Source: Negaprion brevirostris (Eukaryota). From it: DNA of 64,000 bases. Below, one piece after another: positions 12,400 through 27,150 of the stretch. Each line of letters opens with the position of its first letter. The first letter of the stretch is position 1. Where the stretch lies: positions 6,721,420 through 6,785,419 of the forward strand of contig JARDVH010000137.1 of assembly GCA_030324005.1 (NCBI GenBank), written 5' to 3'. A model generated the notes under the pieces. The model worked only from the letters and a program-made list of their open reading frames with translations, made no database searches and was not told the DNA's origin. Position numbers and translations under genes: made by a program.

Positions 12400-14050
12400 T
12401 ACAGAAATGAGAAATAACAGAAAATACTGGAAACAAAATCTCAGCAGTTCTGACATTATTTATGGAAGAAAAAGTTAACATTTCAAATCAATCTGACTTA
12501 TTCAGGACTAATGAGGGATTAAATACTGTATGAGGGGGTGGAACAGTTGGAGCAGATTGATTAACAGGTCAGTGATAGGTGGGAGGTAGGAGAGATTGCA
12601 ACAAATATGTGTAGGGCACAAGACAAAGGAAGCATTAATGGCAGTGTGAAGTACTGATAGTGACATAAACCTAAGATAGCACAAATGTGTTAATAGAACA
12701 AAGGTTAATGGTCAGCAGAAGCAAAACTAAAGAACAAGTGACAGATAGCCCAACAGGGGACAGTGTTGTGCACTGGGACAAAATGCTTCTGATGAAGAGG
12801 TCAAGATGGAGAATGGTCAGTCTAAAATTGTTGAACTCAGTCCTAGGGCTGTAGTACACCAAATTGGAGAATGAGGTGCTGCTCCTCCAATTTGCAATAG
12901 GCTTCCCTGGAACATTAACCTGCTGTTATGGGACTCCTTAAAATCCAACAGGTTTATTTGGTTATCATGAACTTTCAGAGTGCTGATCTTTCATCAGTTG
13001 AGTGGGAAGTTGGGTTCACAAGCTGGGCATATATCAACAAAGACTCAATTGCAAGATAATGGTTGGAATGTGAGCCTTTACAGCTACAGATAATGCAAGT
13101 GGAGAGGGATAATCACAGGTTAAAGAGGTATGAATTGTCTCAAACCAGAACAATTAGTAGGATTTTGCAAGCCCTGTCCAAATGGTGGGGATTAAACATA
13201 GTGTGACATNNNNNNNNNNNNNNNNNNNNNNNNNNNNNNNNNNNNNNNNNNNNNNNNNNNNNNNNNNNNNNNNNNNNNNNNNNNNNNNNNNNNNNNNNNN
13301 NNNNNNNNNGCAAGCCCTGGCCAAATGGTGGGGATTACACATAGTGTGACATAAATCAAAGTCCCGGTTGAGGCCATCCTCGTGTGTGGAACTTGGCTAT
13401 AGCCTCAACCAGGATCTTGGGTTTATGTCACACTGCATGTAACCCCTACCATTTGACCAGGGCTTGCAAAATCCCACTAACTGTTCTGGGTTGAAACAAT
13501 TCACACCTCTAATGTGATAATGCAAGGATAATCTGTGCCAACGATTGAGTCTTTGTCTATATACGCCCTGTTTGTGAACCCAACTCTCCACTCGTCTCAT
13601 GACGGAGCAGCACTGCAAAAGCTCATGATACCAAATAAACCTGTTGTTGAGAGACTGTGCACACTCCAGTGTCTTCACATCACTGGAACATGGCAGAAGG
13701 GTAAGGATGGACACGTGGGCATGAAAACAAGAAGCCAAACTGAAATGGCAAGCCACAAGGTTACGCTCGCTGACTGAGTGAAGGTGTCCCACAAAGTGGT
13801 CCCCCAGTCTGCATTTAGTCTCCCCACTGCAGAGGCTATCACACTCAGAGCAGCAAATACAGTAGATCAAATTGAAGGAGGTGCAAGTGAAATAGTGCTT
13901 CACCTGAAAGAATTTGGGGTCTTGAACTGTGAGGAAGAGGTAAAAAGGGGGCAGCTGTTACAGCTTCTGCGATTGCAATGGAAGATGCCGTGGGAAGGGG
14001 AAGACGACTTAGGGGTGATGGAGGAGTGGACGAAAAAAGTGTCACAGAGG
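12400..14050 (-). mobile_element. Penelope-like element remnant with a nested fold-back Penelope (12935-13657)
   Basis: GIY-YIG-like HYFTCTSFNLIYCICCSECDSLCSGETKCRLGDHF in ORF 13397..13903; inverted arms in the nested copy. Confidence 0.75.
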
Positions 14051-16072
14051 GAGTGAGGATTTGATTAGAGTACAAAGTCTGTTTTATCTTGTGGACCAAG
14101 AAAAATATATAGGATATCAATTTTGTTCTGGGTTTCAGCAATGTAAACATGGTATTGCATTGTTTAGGATTATTTTCTGTAGGACCCTGCATTAATATGT
14201 TGCTGAATTTCCATTTAAAACCAGCCAGTAGTTGGTACTTTTTCAAAATTTGAATCCATGCCCTGAAAGAGAAGCACATGAACAATATCCTGAAACAAGA
14301 TCCTGTTCCTTTTGATAAACCAGATCAATCTGTTTAACTCACATGGCTCCAAACAGGTGCAGGTGAGGCCCAGCAAATTTGATCTCTCTCAAACTGCCAG
14401 TGGCCAAAATTCACCCTAACAACACACAGTATTAGCTACTCCTTAAGCTGATTGCTGCAAACAAAAATTACTGTGGCTCTAATTTCTGAGTGCTCAGTTA
14501 TTTTCATTAATAAATTCAGTATCACAATCATTACACTAACTAGAGTATATTATACTGCCTGGTTAAATGTCAGAAAGGGATGTTGATAGGGTGTGGCATA
14601 TTTGTTCCTTGTGCAACTTCACAAGGAGGACTTCTAGAAGGGGACAAAATGAAATAGCAGTGGGGGCCTTGAGCCAAAAGTGGTGTAACAGTGGTGCTGT
14701 GATTTATTGTATAATCTGCCAAACACACAGGCCAGTACTTGACTGTAAAAATACCAGTGAGACTGTCAGCAATCACCCTAATTACAACTGTGAAACTAAC
14801 AGCAGCTGCTGCCATCTATACCTGCATGATCAAACTTGGAAATCCAGAAATTATTCACTGCTCCTCAACAAGAAGATTGAAATCCAAGCTAATGGAAGTT
14901 ACATGATTTGTTGGGGTCAGTTTCTATTTTTTTAAAAAAAACTTTTGTATATGAAAGACCTAAATAAGTATTAATACATTCACAATACAATTTATAGCTA
15001 CATTTATGTACTCAGTTTTATTTCTACCTTTGTCCAAGAACACTCATATATATCTGTCTATTTATGTTGGGACAATTCAAAAGTATGGCACAGGCCTCTG
15101 GAATTTTCTTTTAATTCTAAATTCCAGCTGTTCCCCAGTAAAAGCTTTTGAATGGTTACATCTTGTTGAATGAAGAGTACCTGTGTTTTAAATTGTGCCA
15201 AATTATGACTGGACAATCTATGACCCTGCAAAACAAATTTTACTTTAAAATTTCTCCACTATGATCAAAAATATCCATGTTTTAAAAATCTTTTAAACAT
15301 TCATGAACTTGCAATATTCCAATTTTTATTTTGCTCTCTGTAAAGCAAATTGAAAGTGAATGATAATCAGTGCATTTTACTTCCTGGTTTGCTGGCTCTG
15401 AGAATACTTCAATGTGATTGATTGCTGCTTGATGGCATCATTGTTGATGGCATCATTGTTGCTGACATCTGGTGATCTTGTTTAGCTGATGATATCAGGA
15501 TGGTGAAATCCATACCCCAGAGATCAATTTCTTTGAGCTTAGCAGCAGTGTGCACTGCTACTTCATTGCTGAATGAAGAATCTGGGCCACAGTTGTCGAT
15601 ATGTTTGTTCTCCCAGCTGAGTACATAAGACCAGGGTTCAATTAAGGTACTAATTGAAGAGTAGGGATGTTTTGGCCTCGGGTCCTGGTCAAAATTTATC
15701 TTTCAACCAACGTCATTAAATCCTGACAGTACAGGAGGCAGCCATTTGGCCCATCGAATCTGCACAGGTCCTATTCCTGCAACCCCACACATTTTACCTG
15801 CTAATTGACAATTTAGCTACAATTTCACTACAGAAAAAAATCTGGCCATTATTTTAAATGTTACTTATAGGACTTTGCTATGCACCAATGAGCAGCCACC
15901 CTTCCTGTAACAATGACTAGTTTCAAAAGTTGTAAAGGATTCTGGGATGCTTTGAGGTTGTGATGGGTTTTCAGTAAATGTAAAGGTTTTCTTCTTTTAC
16001 TACTCAAATACAAGGAATTTTCTAGAAGCCTGGCTAGTGTACATCCTTCAACCAATGCAACCAAAACAAAAC

Positions 16073-16078
16073 TTTATT
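16073..16078 (-). other. Candidate PSMD12 polyadenylation signal AATAAA
   Basis: TTTATT on + at the end of a ~2.2 kb repeat-poor tract after the stop codon. Alternatives exist at ~16505, ~16591 and ATTAAA at ~17931. Confidence 0.3.
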
Positions 16079-18256
16079 TGCCTGTACAGCTAACCATGTT
16101 TACAGTGCATTTAAGTAAAAAAAAAATACATGTCAACAGTTAGTAATTGTGTTTTGCAGGAAACATTTGTGAGATGAGCCCCCATAATATATTAGACCTG
16201 AATGTCAGGAAAAGTATCACAGCACTGCCAGTATAAAGCAAGATCACCATCAGAATCAACATCGAGGGGCAGAGAGCAGAAATTCTATGGAGTGTACAGG
16301 GGTGAAAAGTTTAAAAATGTCTTTAAATCTGCTTTTCTGAAAAAGGTATGTTTGGTTACAGCCAAGTAGACATTTGATTGGTACTATGCTTACAAATTCA
16401 CCTTCTCAAAATGGAATATATTCCTTTGCAAACAACTTGGCATCATAAGCCACATGTTTCACACTCTCCACAATGAGATCATTTGAAATTGTGATGCATT
16501 AGATTTTATTTCCAACTCATGAAGAAATCAGATGAGTGCTAAATTATTTGATTTATGTTAACCGTTGAAGGAAACCACCCGTATCAAGATTTTATTGGAA
16601 ACCAAATATGGTTTCTCAAATTAAGAAGAATTTCTCAAATTGGCTTTTGAAAAAAGGACATTAAACCTCGTACTTTATAAAATAGATGCATGAGATACAG
16701 CATGTACGCAATGTATCACTATGCTACGAAAAACAAACATTTCCTTTGTTTCGAACTCCAACATTCTATATAACATACCATAGGAGGTTCTGGGCTTACT
16801 TCAAATCCCGATTTGTGAATTTCTTACTTCATCTATACCATGGTGAGCTGCAACTTAGGGCTCTGCCAAAAGGGAATGGGGAGAAAAACTGGAGAACCAG
16901 TTACACCACCTCAACCCCAGCCCAAACTCCTACTGGCTTACATAGTGTTCCATGTACAAGTATGCATCATTCCACTTGCTGGGAGGACATGAATGTACCT
17001 CCAAATCAAAAGAAAATAAAATGTACCACATACAAACAGGACATTTAGTCCATCTGGAGTTTCATCCTATCCTTCTGCCTAAGATTATCAGCATCACCTT
17101 CTATTCTTTACTGTTCAGCTTATCTGGCTTTCCCTTAAACGCATCAATTTGCCTCAACTCTTTGTAGTAAGAAGTTCCACAATATAATTAGTCTTTTGGA
17201 GAGAACTTTTGTTTAAAAGTATGAAAATCAGTGAGGCAAACTTAACAGTTGCAGGAGATGTAGCATATGATTCATTATAGAAAATTGCAAAGTAAAAAGG
17301 ATGGTTCTGACTCCAATTGGAGGGATTGCTGTCATTCATTAGTTTAATTCTGTTGCTCAAGAATGCCAATGGGAGCATTTACTTGGCACCTGATGAAAAG
17401 GAGGCAGCTTTTTAGAAGTTTAAATATTCTCTGCCTTTACATGCAAGGAACAGGAATTACTTTGCAATATTTCTTGATGTTGAATTATTACAGACTGAAC
17501 AATACAAACTTCACACAATGCCACCCTTGGGAGCCATAAAAAGGAAAAAGAATTAGTCACCAAGTGCGAGTAAGAAATTTTATAAGTCTCTCAATGTGTG
17601 AAACCATAAACAATGCACATCATTATGTTTTCTGTATCACTTACTCTCACTATAATGCCATATAAATAATCAGAGGGGAATTAAGAGCGTTTTTAAACAA
17701 CTACGGTGAAACCGTTAAATCAGTCTGTTAGCAATGGCTACAAAAAACTTAAAACAGCGCATGCACTGTTCAAAATATCTCAGGAGATGAAAGGGGACAG
17801 GGAAATGGGAAATTTCTCTACACTTCAGTATTTTCCAGTATGACCTTCATTGTAATCTAAATGGAATATCATTAATGGAGGTGGAACACAGTAAGTATTG
17901 GAAAGGAAATCTCTAACTTTTAAAATTTGGTTTAATGAATAAATCTGAAGAACACAAATGCTGAAAAATTTCAACTGAAATGTCACCCTAGTGACGCTTT
18001 GATGGTATGGTTCCTTCCATTTACAGTACATATCACAAAAAGCAAACACTCCACTTTACTCAATGACTATGTCTTTTAAAAAGAGGAAAATCAACCATAC
18101 AGTCAAAGCTTATCCTTTGATATCTAACCATGTACCAGACAGACAATCAGAAGCTGCTTTTGGTTCAGCACAAAAAGAAATATACATTTTTTGCATGGTT
18201 AAGGATTATTTTAGATCTTAAAATGTCTTTTCAAAAGACACACCAACTCTCATCCT

Positions 18257-18520
<264 letters not shown>

Positions 18521-19715
18521 CTACTAGCCTGTCAAATAATCATAAATGTTACAAAGAGAAATATTTGTAAATTGATTGATGTCTCAATTCCCTGTTATTG
18601 TAATGATTTCTGTTTTAGAGCTGGCATTTTGTACCAAATTTCCCCAATACAATGTTATCAAGACTTAACTATGGTAAAATCTACAGTGCACTTACATCCC
18701 TGCAATATTAACTTCATAATGTTCCCTGTGGAGAAGTTTTGTACAAACTACATATAAACATAAAGAGGTCTGAAATGACTAATTATTAGGAGTGGCATTT
18801 TACACACTGATGACAATGTGAACCTCCAATTTGTAAAAGTAGCTGTTATCATATGGGAAAATACCAATCTACGTTGTGCGGAGCAGAAGAACTGAATTAA
18901 ATAATTCTTCTTTACAACTTCTATGCTGGCTACCTGGACATTCCAACTGCTATGGTAAGAACTTCTTAGACGAGTCACTGATAAAGTATTGGTTTCATTC
19001 TAAAAGCTGCTTCTGGTTAAATGGTCTAGTCCTTTTCTTCATTTTATACTTTCTCTCCTGCTCTTCCAGCACGTTCTCACGTCTCACACAATTTTATTTC
19101 TTATCCCTTCAATTCACTTTCATTGATCTTCCATGCCACAGTGAAAAGACAGATCTATTGTTAAATGTAATAAGCAGCATAACTGCTCCAGCTGATGTGT
19201 AATATCTATCTTCCAACACCTGTCTACTCATTTTCATAAATATAAAGACAGCACCAATATATCATCTGTCAAGTTAGAGGCCTTTCAGAGATATTTCCAA
19301 GTTAACAGTGACAGACTTAAGTTATTTCCCAGAATTACAAAGTTCGTTGCCATTGTTTTTTGCTTGAAAGATGTATTCAATACAGAATAATCCAGAGTGA
19401 ATCAAATTTCATTTAAGAAAAACAGCAGCGTTGTCACTAGGTTTAGTTTGTTTAATAGTTCCAATATGGTAATAGAAGCAAAAATGAACTCAAGCCAATA
19501 TTATGTCATACATTGATTGTGCAGCTCTCAAATTATCTCCTTACATTGCTCCCATCGCTACTGTCAATTTTTCACTTTATTGCTATGCGTCTCAAAACAC
19601 TCTTCCCAGGATAAAAATCTATTGTTGGACTGCTAGGTGGCTTTCATGCTTGAAGTGATTGCAGTGTGAAATTCTCAAAGATTTGCACCATCATGCTTTC
19701 TTGAAATCTTCCTTA

Positions 19716-19820
<105 letters not shown>

Positions 19821-20758
19821 CTAAAATATCAGCGAGAATGGAAAGTTTAAAATAAGTTCAAGAATAATAAAAATCCGTGTATTTTGAATAGGATACAGGA
19901 TCCAGCAATACAGATTAGCTTTCCCTTGACTATAATTACCCATAGAATAGTTCAGTATTCAGTGTGATTTGAACAAATCAGGGCTTGTAATTTATTAGTT
20001 CATCAGGTGATCTCCCATAATGTTTCTCATTGTGCGTTACAGACACAACGTAATGGATACATGGAAGTTAACACCTTGCTGCTATTACTACTTGGGCAGG
20101 TTTACAAACGGAATTTTCAATATCAATGACTATAAAATGCAATTATTAACAGTTCCCGTGATCACTCGAGGACAAGAAATGCATGCTTACACTGTGGGTT
20201 CAAATCCCACTCCAGAGCTTGATCAAAAATTTAGGCTGATGCTCCAGTGCAGTACTGATGGGAGTGCTGCCTTTCAAATGGTACATTAAACCAAGGTACT
20301 ACCTGCCTCTTAGTTCGTGAATCTGAGGCTCGCCTATTTCAAAGAATAGCTGTGGAGTCATCCTCGATATCCTGACAAACATTTATCCCTCAACCCACCA
20401 TATTTGAAGCACTTCACTGTTCATTTTTACAGTGTTGTTTGTGGGCAATGCCATGTTTTCAGCATTATAACAGTGATTACATTTCAAAGCTGTAAGGCAT
20501 TATAGGATATGAAAAGCACTGTATAAATCCAAGTTATTTTTCTACAGGAAGAGCAGCCCCACCTGTAGATGGCAAAAGTCTTGCCTATAGTATTTATCAA
20601 CTTTTCTTTCCTTAATTCAGCAAAAGGTTTTCTGGAATGTTCATCACAACCAATTTAACATTTTGCTTCACTTTCCACTGTATCATACTTGGTTATAGTT
20701 TGAGGAATGTCATGTGCCAGACTAAATATTGAGTACAATTAGCCATTGTTTGGATCAT

Positions 20759-20881
20759 GGGCAGGATTTTCAGCCTTCGCCCCAAGACCAGAAAATCCCG
20801 CCCAATGTCAATGGACCTTTGCATGGGTCGTGTCCCACCTACTATGATTCCTGTGGCAGACTGGTCAGGAAAATTCTGCCC
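20759..20881. mobile_element. Short MITE, PIF/Harbinger-like
   Basis: 13-bp TIR gggcaggattttc / gaaaattctgccc with one mismatch. Confidence 0.65.
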
Positions 20882-23527
20882 TATATGTTTGTGTTGGCAC
20901 TGAGTGAGAATGCAAAAACAAAAATTTCAGGCAACTCCAATCTAATCCTTGGTGGAGCAAAATATTCACGCTACTTATTAAAAAGTGCCACTGAATCAAA
21001 GTCAGGGACATGAATGGCAGCAGTTTTCCACAATACTAAGTGCAAAAAAAGGATGACCGATTTGAGTGCTCCCATAGCTACATATTAAGATCAGAACACT
21101 CAATGAAGGGTTTAGAACATAAGAAATAGGAGCAGGAGTAGGCCATCTAGCCCCTCGAGCCTGCCCCGCCATTCAATAAGATCATNNNNNNNNNNNNNNN
21201 NNNNNNNNNNNNNNNNNNNNNNNNNNNNNNNNNNNNNNNNNNNNNNNNNNNNNNNNNNNNNNNNNNNNNNNNNNNNNNNNNNNNNNNNNNNNNNNNNNNN
21301 NNNNNNNNNNNNNNNNNNNNNNNNNNNNNNNNNNNNNNNNNNNNNNNNNNNNNNNNNNNNNNNNNNNNNNNNNNNNNNNNNNNNNNNNNNNNNNNNNNNN
21401 NNNNNNNNNNNNNNNNNNNNNNNNNNNNNNNNNNNNNNNNNNNNNNNNNNNNNNNNNNNNNNNNNNNNNNNNNNNNNNNNNNNNNNNNNNNNNNNNNNNN
21501 NNNNNNNNNNNNNNNNNNNNNNNNNNNNNNNNNNNNNNNNNNNNNNNNNNNNNNNNNNNNNNNNNNNNNNNNNNNNNNNNNNNNNNNNNNNNNNNNNNNN
21601 NNNNNNNNNNNNNNNNNNNNNNNNNNNNNNNNNNNNNNNNNNNNNNNNNNNNNNNNNNNNNNNNNNNNNNNNNNNNNNNNNNNNNNNNNNNNNNNNNNNN
21701 NNNNNNNNNNNNNNNNNNNNNNNNNNNNNNNNNNNNNNNNNNNNNNNNNNNNNNNNNNNNNNNNNNNNNNNNNNNNNNNNNNNNNNNNNNNNNNNNNNNN
21801 NNNNNNNNNNNNNNNNNNNNNNNNNNNNNNNNNNNNNNNNNNNNNNNNNNNNNNNNNNNNNNNNNNNNNNNNNNNNNNNNNNNNNNNNNNNNGAAGCTTT
21901 TCTGAATCTAGCAATTACAACTCAAGTGTTACTTACTGTTATTAAAAATTGTCAAAAATTATCACCTCACAGAAGCAGTACCTTGTAACACAGTAAGAGC
22001 TTACATCTCCAAACATCACCTCATTGAATAAGTGAATGCTATAAATGACAAAATTTATGCAATATTTTATAACTGTACATTTTTAACATTTTGTAGGCCT
22101 TGATTTAAAAAAGTTACAACTAATTAAGATATTTTTAAAATAAAACCTCTCTTTGCCTTCTTTCCACTAACTTGTTCTACATTTCCAACTCTACACCACA
22201 GACTTTGCATCTTCATCCCAGATCAAGTGGCCACTGCAGTTTGCGCTAGGAATGGCCAGTCAAGTCAATTATTCCACAAACTTTTTGACCCCTGGGTTGA
22301 GCTTACAACTTCAAATTCATCATATGAATGAATCACAGGACAAGATACTACTCAGTCTGAGCAATATCCTAATTCAGGACTTTGGAACTTGTGGTTAAAT
22401 CTTTAAAAGCTGCATAATTTGATCCCAATATTGTCTTCTCATAATATATAATTGCTAACACCATGCACAAAATACATCTTATGGCACTGTAATAAATGGT
22501 TTCCCTCCAGTTAGCCAATATAAGGGAATTGTTCTCCAAAGAGTGCAAAATAAGCAAATGAATTAAGTGGGAAAAATACTGCATTTATCTGAATATCCTT
22601 TATAATTTTCCTTCGGTATTACATTAAAAGGTGTTGCTAATTCTTATGTAATTTCTCACCAACATTTTCCTCGTTTAACTTTAATGTGTTATTTCCTTGC
22701 TGAAGTCAAGCTCCACAAGAAACTATCAGAATGCTGCTCAAGTAGATTCACATGGAAATCTTCCCAGTCAACATCTGTAAGCAGGTCAGCAGCACAGCTG
22801 GATCCAAATGTGCACTTGCAGCAAAAGTTGCTGGGTAGCAAGAGGCAGAAAGCACAGAAGCTTTGACTCCTTTAGTCAGGGATGCTGAAGCCAACTAAAC
22901 TGGTCCAACCACCATTCCAGTTGAGCTTTAGACACAAGATTGAGTTTAAGCTGAGTTTCATGACTGGAGCACATAAACTGGGTTGGCACTTCAATGTAAT
23001 ATTGAGCGAGTGCTCCTTTATTTTTGGAATATATATCAAATTTCAGGCTCAGGTGGATGTAGAACACAACTATTCAAAGAACAGAGGAGTTCTCCTGGTG
23101 TCCAAGCTAACATTTATTATTGAGATATCAAATGCCAGACTAACTGGCGTTTATCCCATTAGTGGGATCTGGCTGCACACAAATGAGCTGTTTCATTTGT
23201 TTACATTACTTTTGCAATGCAGCTATTGCAATGAACTAGTTCTGCAGTGCTTTGAGGAACCCTGAAGATATGAAAGGTGCAAGCTCTTCTTTTCAGAGTT
23301 CCTGTTCAGTTTGTTTTTGAAACTCACCAAACATTCAGAATCATAAAAGGAAACCCTTTGGAAACNNNNNNNNNNNNNNNNNNNNNNNNNNNNNNNNNNN
23401 NNNNNNNNNNNNNNNNNNNNNNNNNNNNNNNNNNNNNNNNNNNNNNNNNNNNNNNNNNNNNNNNNAAACTCACCAAATATTAAAAACATTTTTAAAGTGT
23501 TTTAAGAAAATCTCTAAATTGATCTTA

Positions 23528-23665
<138 letters not shown>

Positions 23666-24844
23666 TTATTAGAATTTGGGAAATTTAAAAAGATACATAC
23701 AGCATGTACACAAACTAGCAGATTACAAAACTCAGGAAAGCAATACTGTTCTGATCGCCAAATAAATATAAAAGTTGCCAACTATGCAATTGTGGAACAC
23801 TGCATTCCTAAGATGGAGATCCCACATTTATCACGTATATGTTAGATATCAAACTGCTCTGCACATTGGAGTAGATTGCTTCACAAAACCCAAGAAGAAA
23901 AATCACAACCGCCGCTCTCCTCTATGGAAATGCATTTTTTTTTAAAACCACAAATGTTTGAAGCATATTCCCTTCCACCTCGATCAAACCTCCCACACAG
24001 CCCACTTTTTTTTAAGCCTGCAAAATCATGTAACTTGCTGGTCCAAATCCTCATGGAAATGTCCAACATTTGAGTGAGACAGAATTCTCCAGATGTTACC
24101 TTACTTTAGAATATTTGTTTAAATACTTTGGTTAAACATTTTGTATTACTCTACAACAAGCACCACTAATAAATGAAGAAAGCTAAAACTAAATCATTTG
24201 TTTTCCTCCCCCAGTCTACTTCCTAAATAATTTATTCTCTTTACAGCATGTAAACAGAAACAGGCTGAGGCTGTCTCAATGTTTTCCCCAGTATGCATCA
24301 TGCAAATTTCATCTGCAAAATGTATTGTGGGTCACAACGGATTTTTGTCTCTTCTTCCATCAGCATGTTCCCCCCTCATCCCCTTGCTTTCTCACGCTTC
24401 ATTCTATTTGCCAGTTGTGGATGTCGAAATACTCAGTCCCCAGCCACTGCCAAAAACATAGATTATTTTATCTTCTCCCCTAAAGCTAAATCAATGTTTT
24501 CAGAAAGCAACTGCATTTCCATTTAAGAAGTGACAAGATTTGTATCAATGTCTTTTAAAATATTTCTAGTGTACGCAAGTGATGTCACTATTTTTTGTTC
24601 GATGATGAAATTTCATGACAGATTGGAAAAGTGAGGATTCTCCAGGTAGTTGAAACACGATGGCCCACAGATTGAAAGATTCAAACTACTAACGTAATTC
24701 ATAGCTGAAAGATTCACTCATGTTATTCAAAATATTGCCAATCACATCATTTACACTCATTGAAAGAAAATGTTAAATTTTGTCATTTTACACTATCAAC
24801 CAATTTTAGCCCAAGAATCTATGTTTGTAGAACATCTATTAAAG

Positions 24845-25130
24845 TTTTAAAGTTTAAAGCTTATTTTAGTCGCAAGTAGGCTTACACTCAAATGAAGTTA
24901 CTGTGAAAATCCCCAAATCGTCACACTTTGGCACCTGTTCAGGTATGCTGACGGAGAATTCAACATGGCCAATACACCTAACCAGCACATCTTTGGAGTG
25001 AACTGGGGCACCCGGAGGAAACCCACAAAGACAAAGAGAGAACATGTAAACTCCACACAGACAGTAACCCAAGCCACGAATCGAGCCCAGGTCCTGACAC
25101 TGAGGCAGCAGTGCTAACCACTGTGCCGCT
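24845..25130 (-). mobile_element. V-SINE subfamily
   Basis: Same structure as the copy at 8265-8560, including the tail aagttactgtgaaaatcccc. Confidence 0.8.
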
Positions 25131-25807
25131 ACTGGAGTCTAGCATATAAAGCCTACAATACATTTACTCAAGTTCTACATCAGCAAATCATTCATGGAAC
25201 TTATTCCACATACCACCTTAGGGAGGACTGCACTCTAGCATAGAGTGAATTTCTTTTTGTATTGGAAAGTCCCAGCAATTGGAAAGCCGGGGAATACAAA
25301 TACAAAGCATCAGGACAAGGAGTCATTGGTGTGTTGGAACATTACAGGATGTTTTCAGAAATTAGCAACATAAAAAATGTTCAGGTAGTAAAGAAAATTG
25401 AATCTATTTCTGTCTTGGATGTTGCCACTAACACAATAAAAGCCTCTAACAAGCTGCACCACTGTCTTCTCTTGATTGGGTTGAGAGTGAAGAGGAGGAA
25501 ACACAAATACCTGATATGAACCTCTCAGATTCTAGCCCTGGAGCAATGGACATAACCTGTATGAGTGCCTATGACACTATACTTTTGTCCTTCCAAATTT
25601 CTTAACAGACAGCTAAAAGGCAAAAACTAAACATTGGCCTTCTAAAAAAAAGTTGTGTTTCAGTGAACAGGTCACCTTTAAAAGTTGAGCCATTTGATTA
25701 TTGATAGAATAAGAAACAGGGCAAAAAGAGGAAATAATGGAAATCTAGCTGCATTCAGCAAACAACTCAATTACAACATTCCTTCACAATCATTAACAGT
25801 TGTTTAC

Positions 25808-25942
25808 CTGTTGCCATTTTGTGCTGTCAGCCTCAATACAGGGTGTATCGTAGATTGCACGATAGTGCTTGCAGATTGACAGATAGGATCCCTCATGCTG
25901 GTCAACTTGAATCATTAGGTTGTAGTACTTTAGTTTCAGCTC
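25808..25942 (-). CDS. PSMD12: PSMD12 exon 7 ([45 protein letters not shown])
   Basis: 135 nt with CAG/GTAAAC boundaries. Confidence 0.97.
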
Positions 25943-26394
25943 CTGCATTAAAATTATTGCAGATCTCTTCAATTAAAAATTACCTTAATTGTGATGTCTT
26001 AATTATATTGCTTTTGTGTGTTAGCTGATGGAGACTAAATCTAAAATGAAAGTCACTCAAATATATATCTAATAAGAAAACATGCAGCACAATAAAGATC
26101 TCATAGTCCATTAAGTCTGCACAATCCACAGCCCAAACATGATTGTTTGCAACACGAAATCCTCAATTTCTCCATCTCCCAGGCTAGATAGCAACTAGCC
26201 TTCATGTACACACTACAACCGTGACAATTTTTGAGATAACTCAATTTACAAATTCCATTAGTACAGTCTAACAAAGTACAAAGAAGATACTCCATCACTA
26301 ACATCAGTTTCAAATTGTGAAAAGCAAATTCCAGCTTTTTTTGTAGCTAGCAAATGCTAACTTGGCCAATCTTAAATGAGTTAAAGTGATCTTA

Positions 26395-26631
<237 letters not shown>

Positions 26632-26867
26632 TTAGGTATATTTCATGCTTTTGTTTATTTCGACAACGACACTGCAGTACGAATCTATGAAATAAACTTC
26701 TAAATTTGATTAGAATGATCCTTAAGAAATTTAAGTCGTATCTGAATTATAGATTTTACCATAGGTCAGAGGAAATAGGCACGTGCAGATTTAACAGGTC
26801 AATGAAGGCATTGGGCAAAATTGATCACAAACTATACTAATAATTTTAATTTAATTAATAACACCAG

Positions 26868-27150
26868 ATGGCACAATGATTAGTACCGCTGCCTCACAGC
26901 TCTGAGAACCGAGGTTCAATTCCGGTCTTTGTGGAGTTTGCACACTTTCCCTGTGTCTATGTGGGTTCCCTCCTACAGTTCAAAGATGTGCAGACTAGGT
27001 GGATTGACCATTCTAAATTGCCCCCTAGTGTCTGGGGACGGTTCGATGGATTAGCCATGGGGTTACAGGATTAGATTGTGTCCAAGATATTCTGCCAGTG
27101 TGTTGGTGCAGACTAGATGGGCTGAATGGCCTCTTCTGCACTGTAAAGAA
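26868..27150 (+). mobile_element. V-SINE
   Basis: Head ggcacaatgattagtaccgctgcctcacagc and CR1-like tail. Confidence 0.8.

Noticed and set aside
13167-13352. 43-bp duplication flanking a 100-N gap
   Set aside because: Same pattern of assembly overlap.
15429-15460. Short tandem duplication ttgatggcatcattg x2
   Set aside because: Two units only, consistent with ordinary slippage; not a CRISPR-like array.
17386-17420. cctgatgaaaaggaggcagctttttagaag, hammerhead-like
   Set aside because: Lacks the GAAA core and cleavage triplet geometry.
21066-21100. Faint resemblance to the U6 snRNA 5' end (gtgctc...acatattaagatcagaac)
   Set aside because: Too short and divergent; no ACAGAGA box.
21147-21914. 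Long ORFs made mostly of X (also 27222-27956, 30267-30859, 52091-52933)
   Set aside because: Artefacts of reading through N runs.
26861-26875. CTCF-like acaccagatggcac
   Set aside because: Overlaps the start of a SINE head and is a weaker match.
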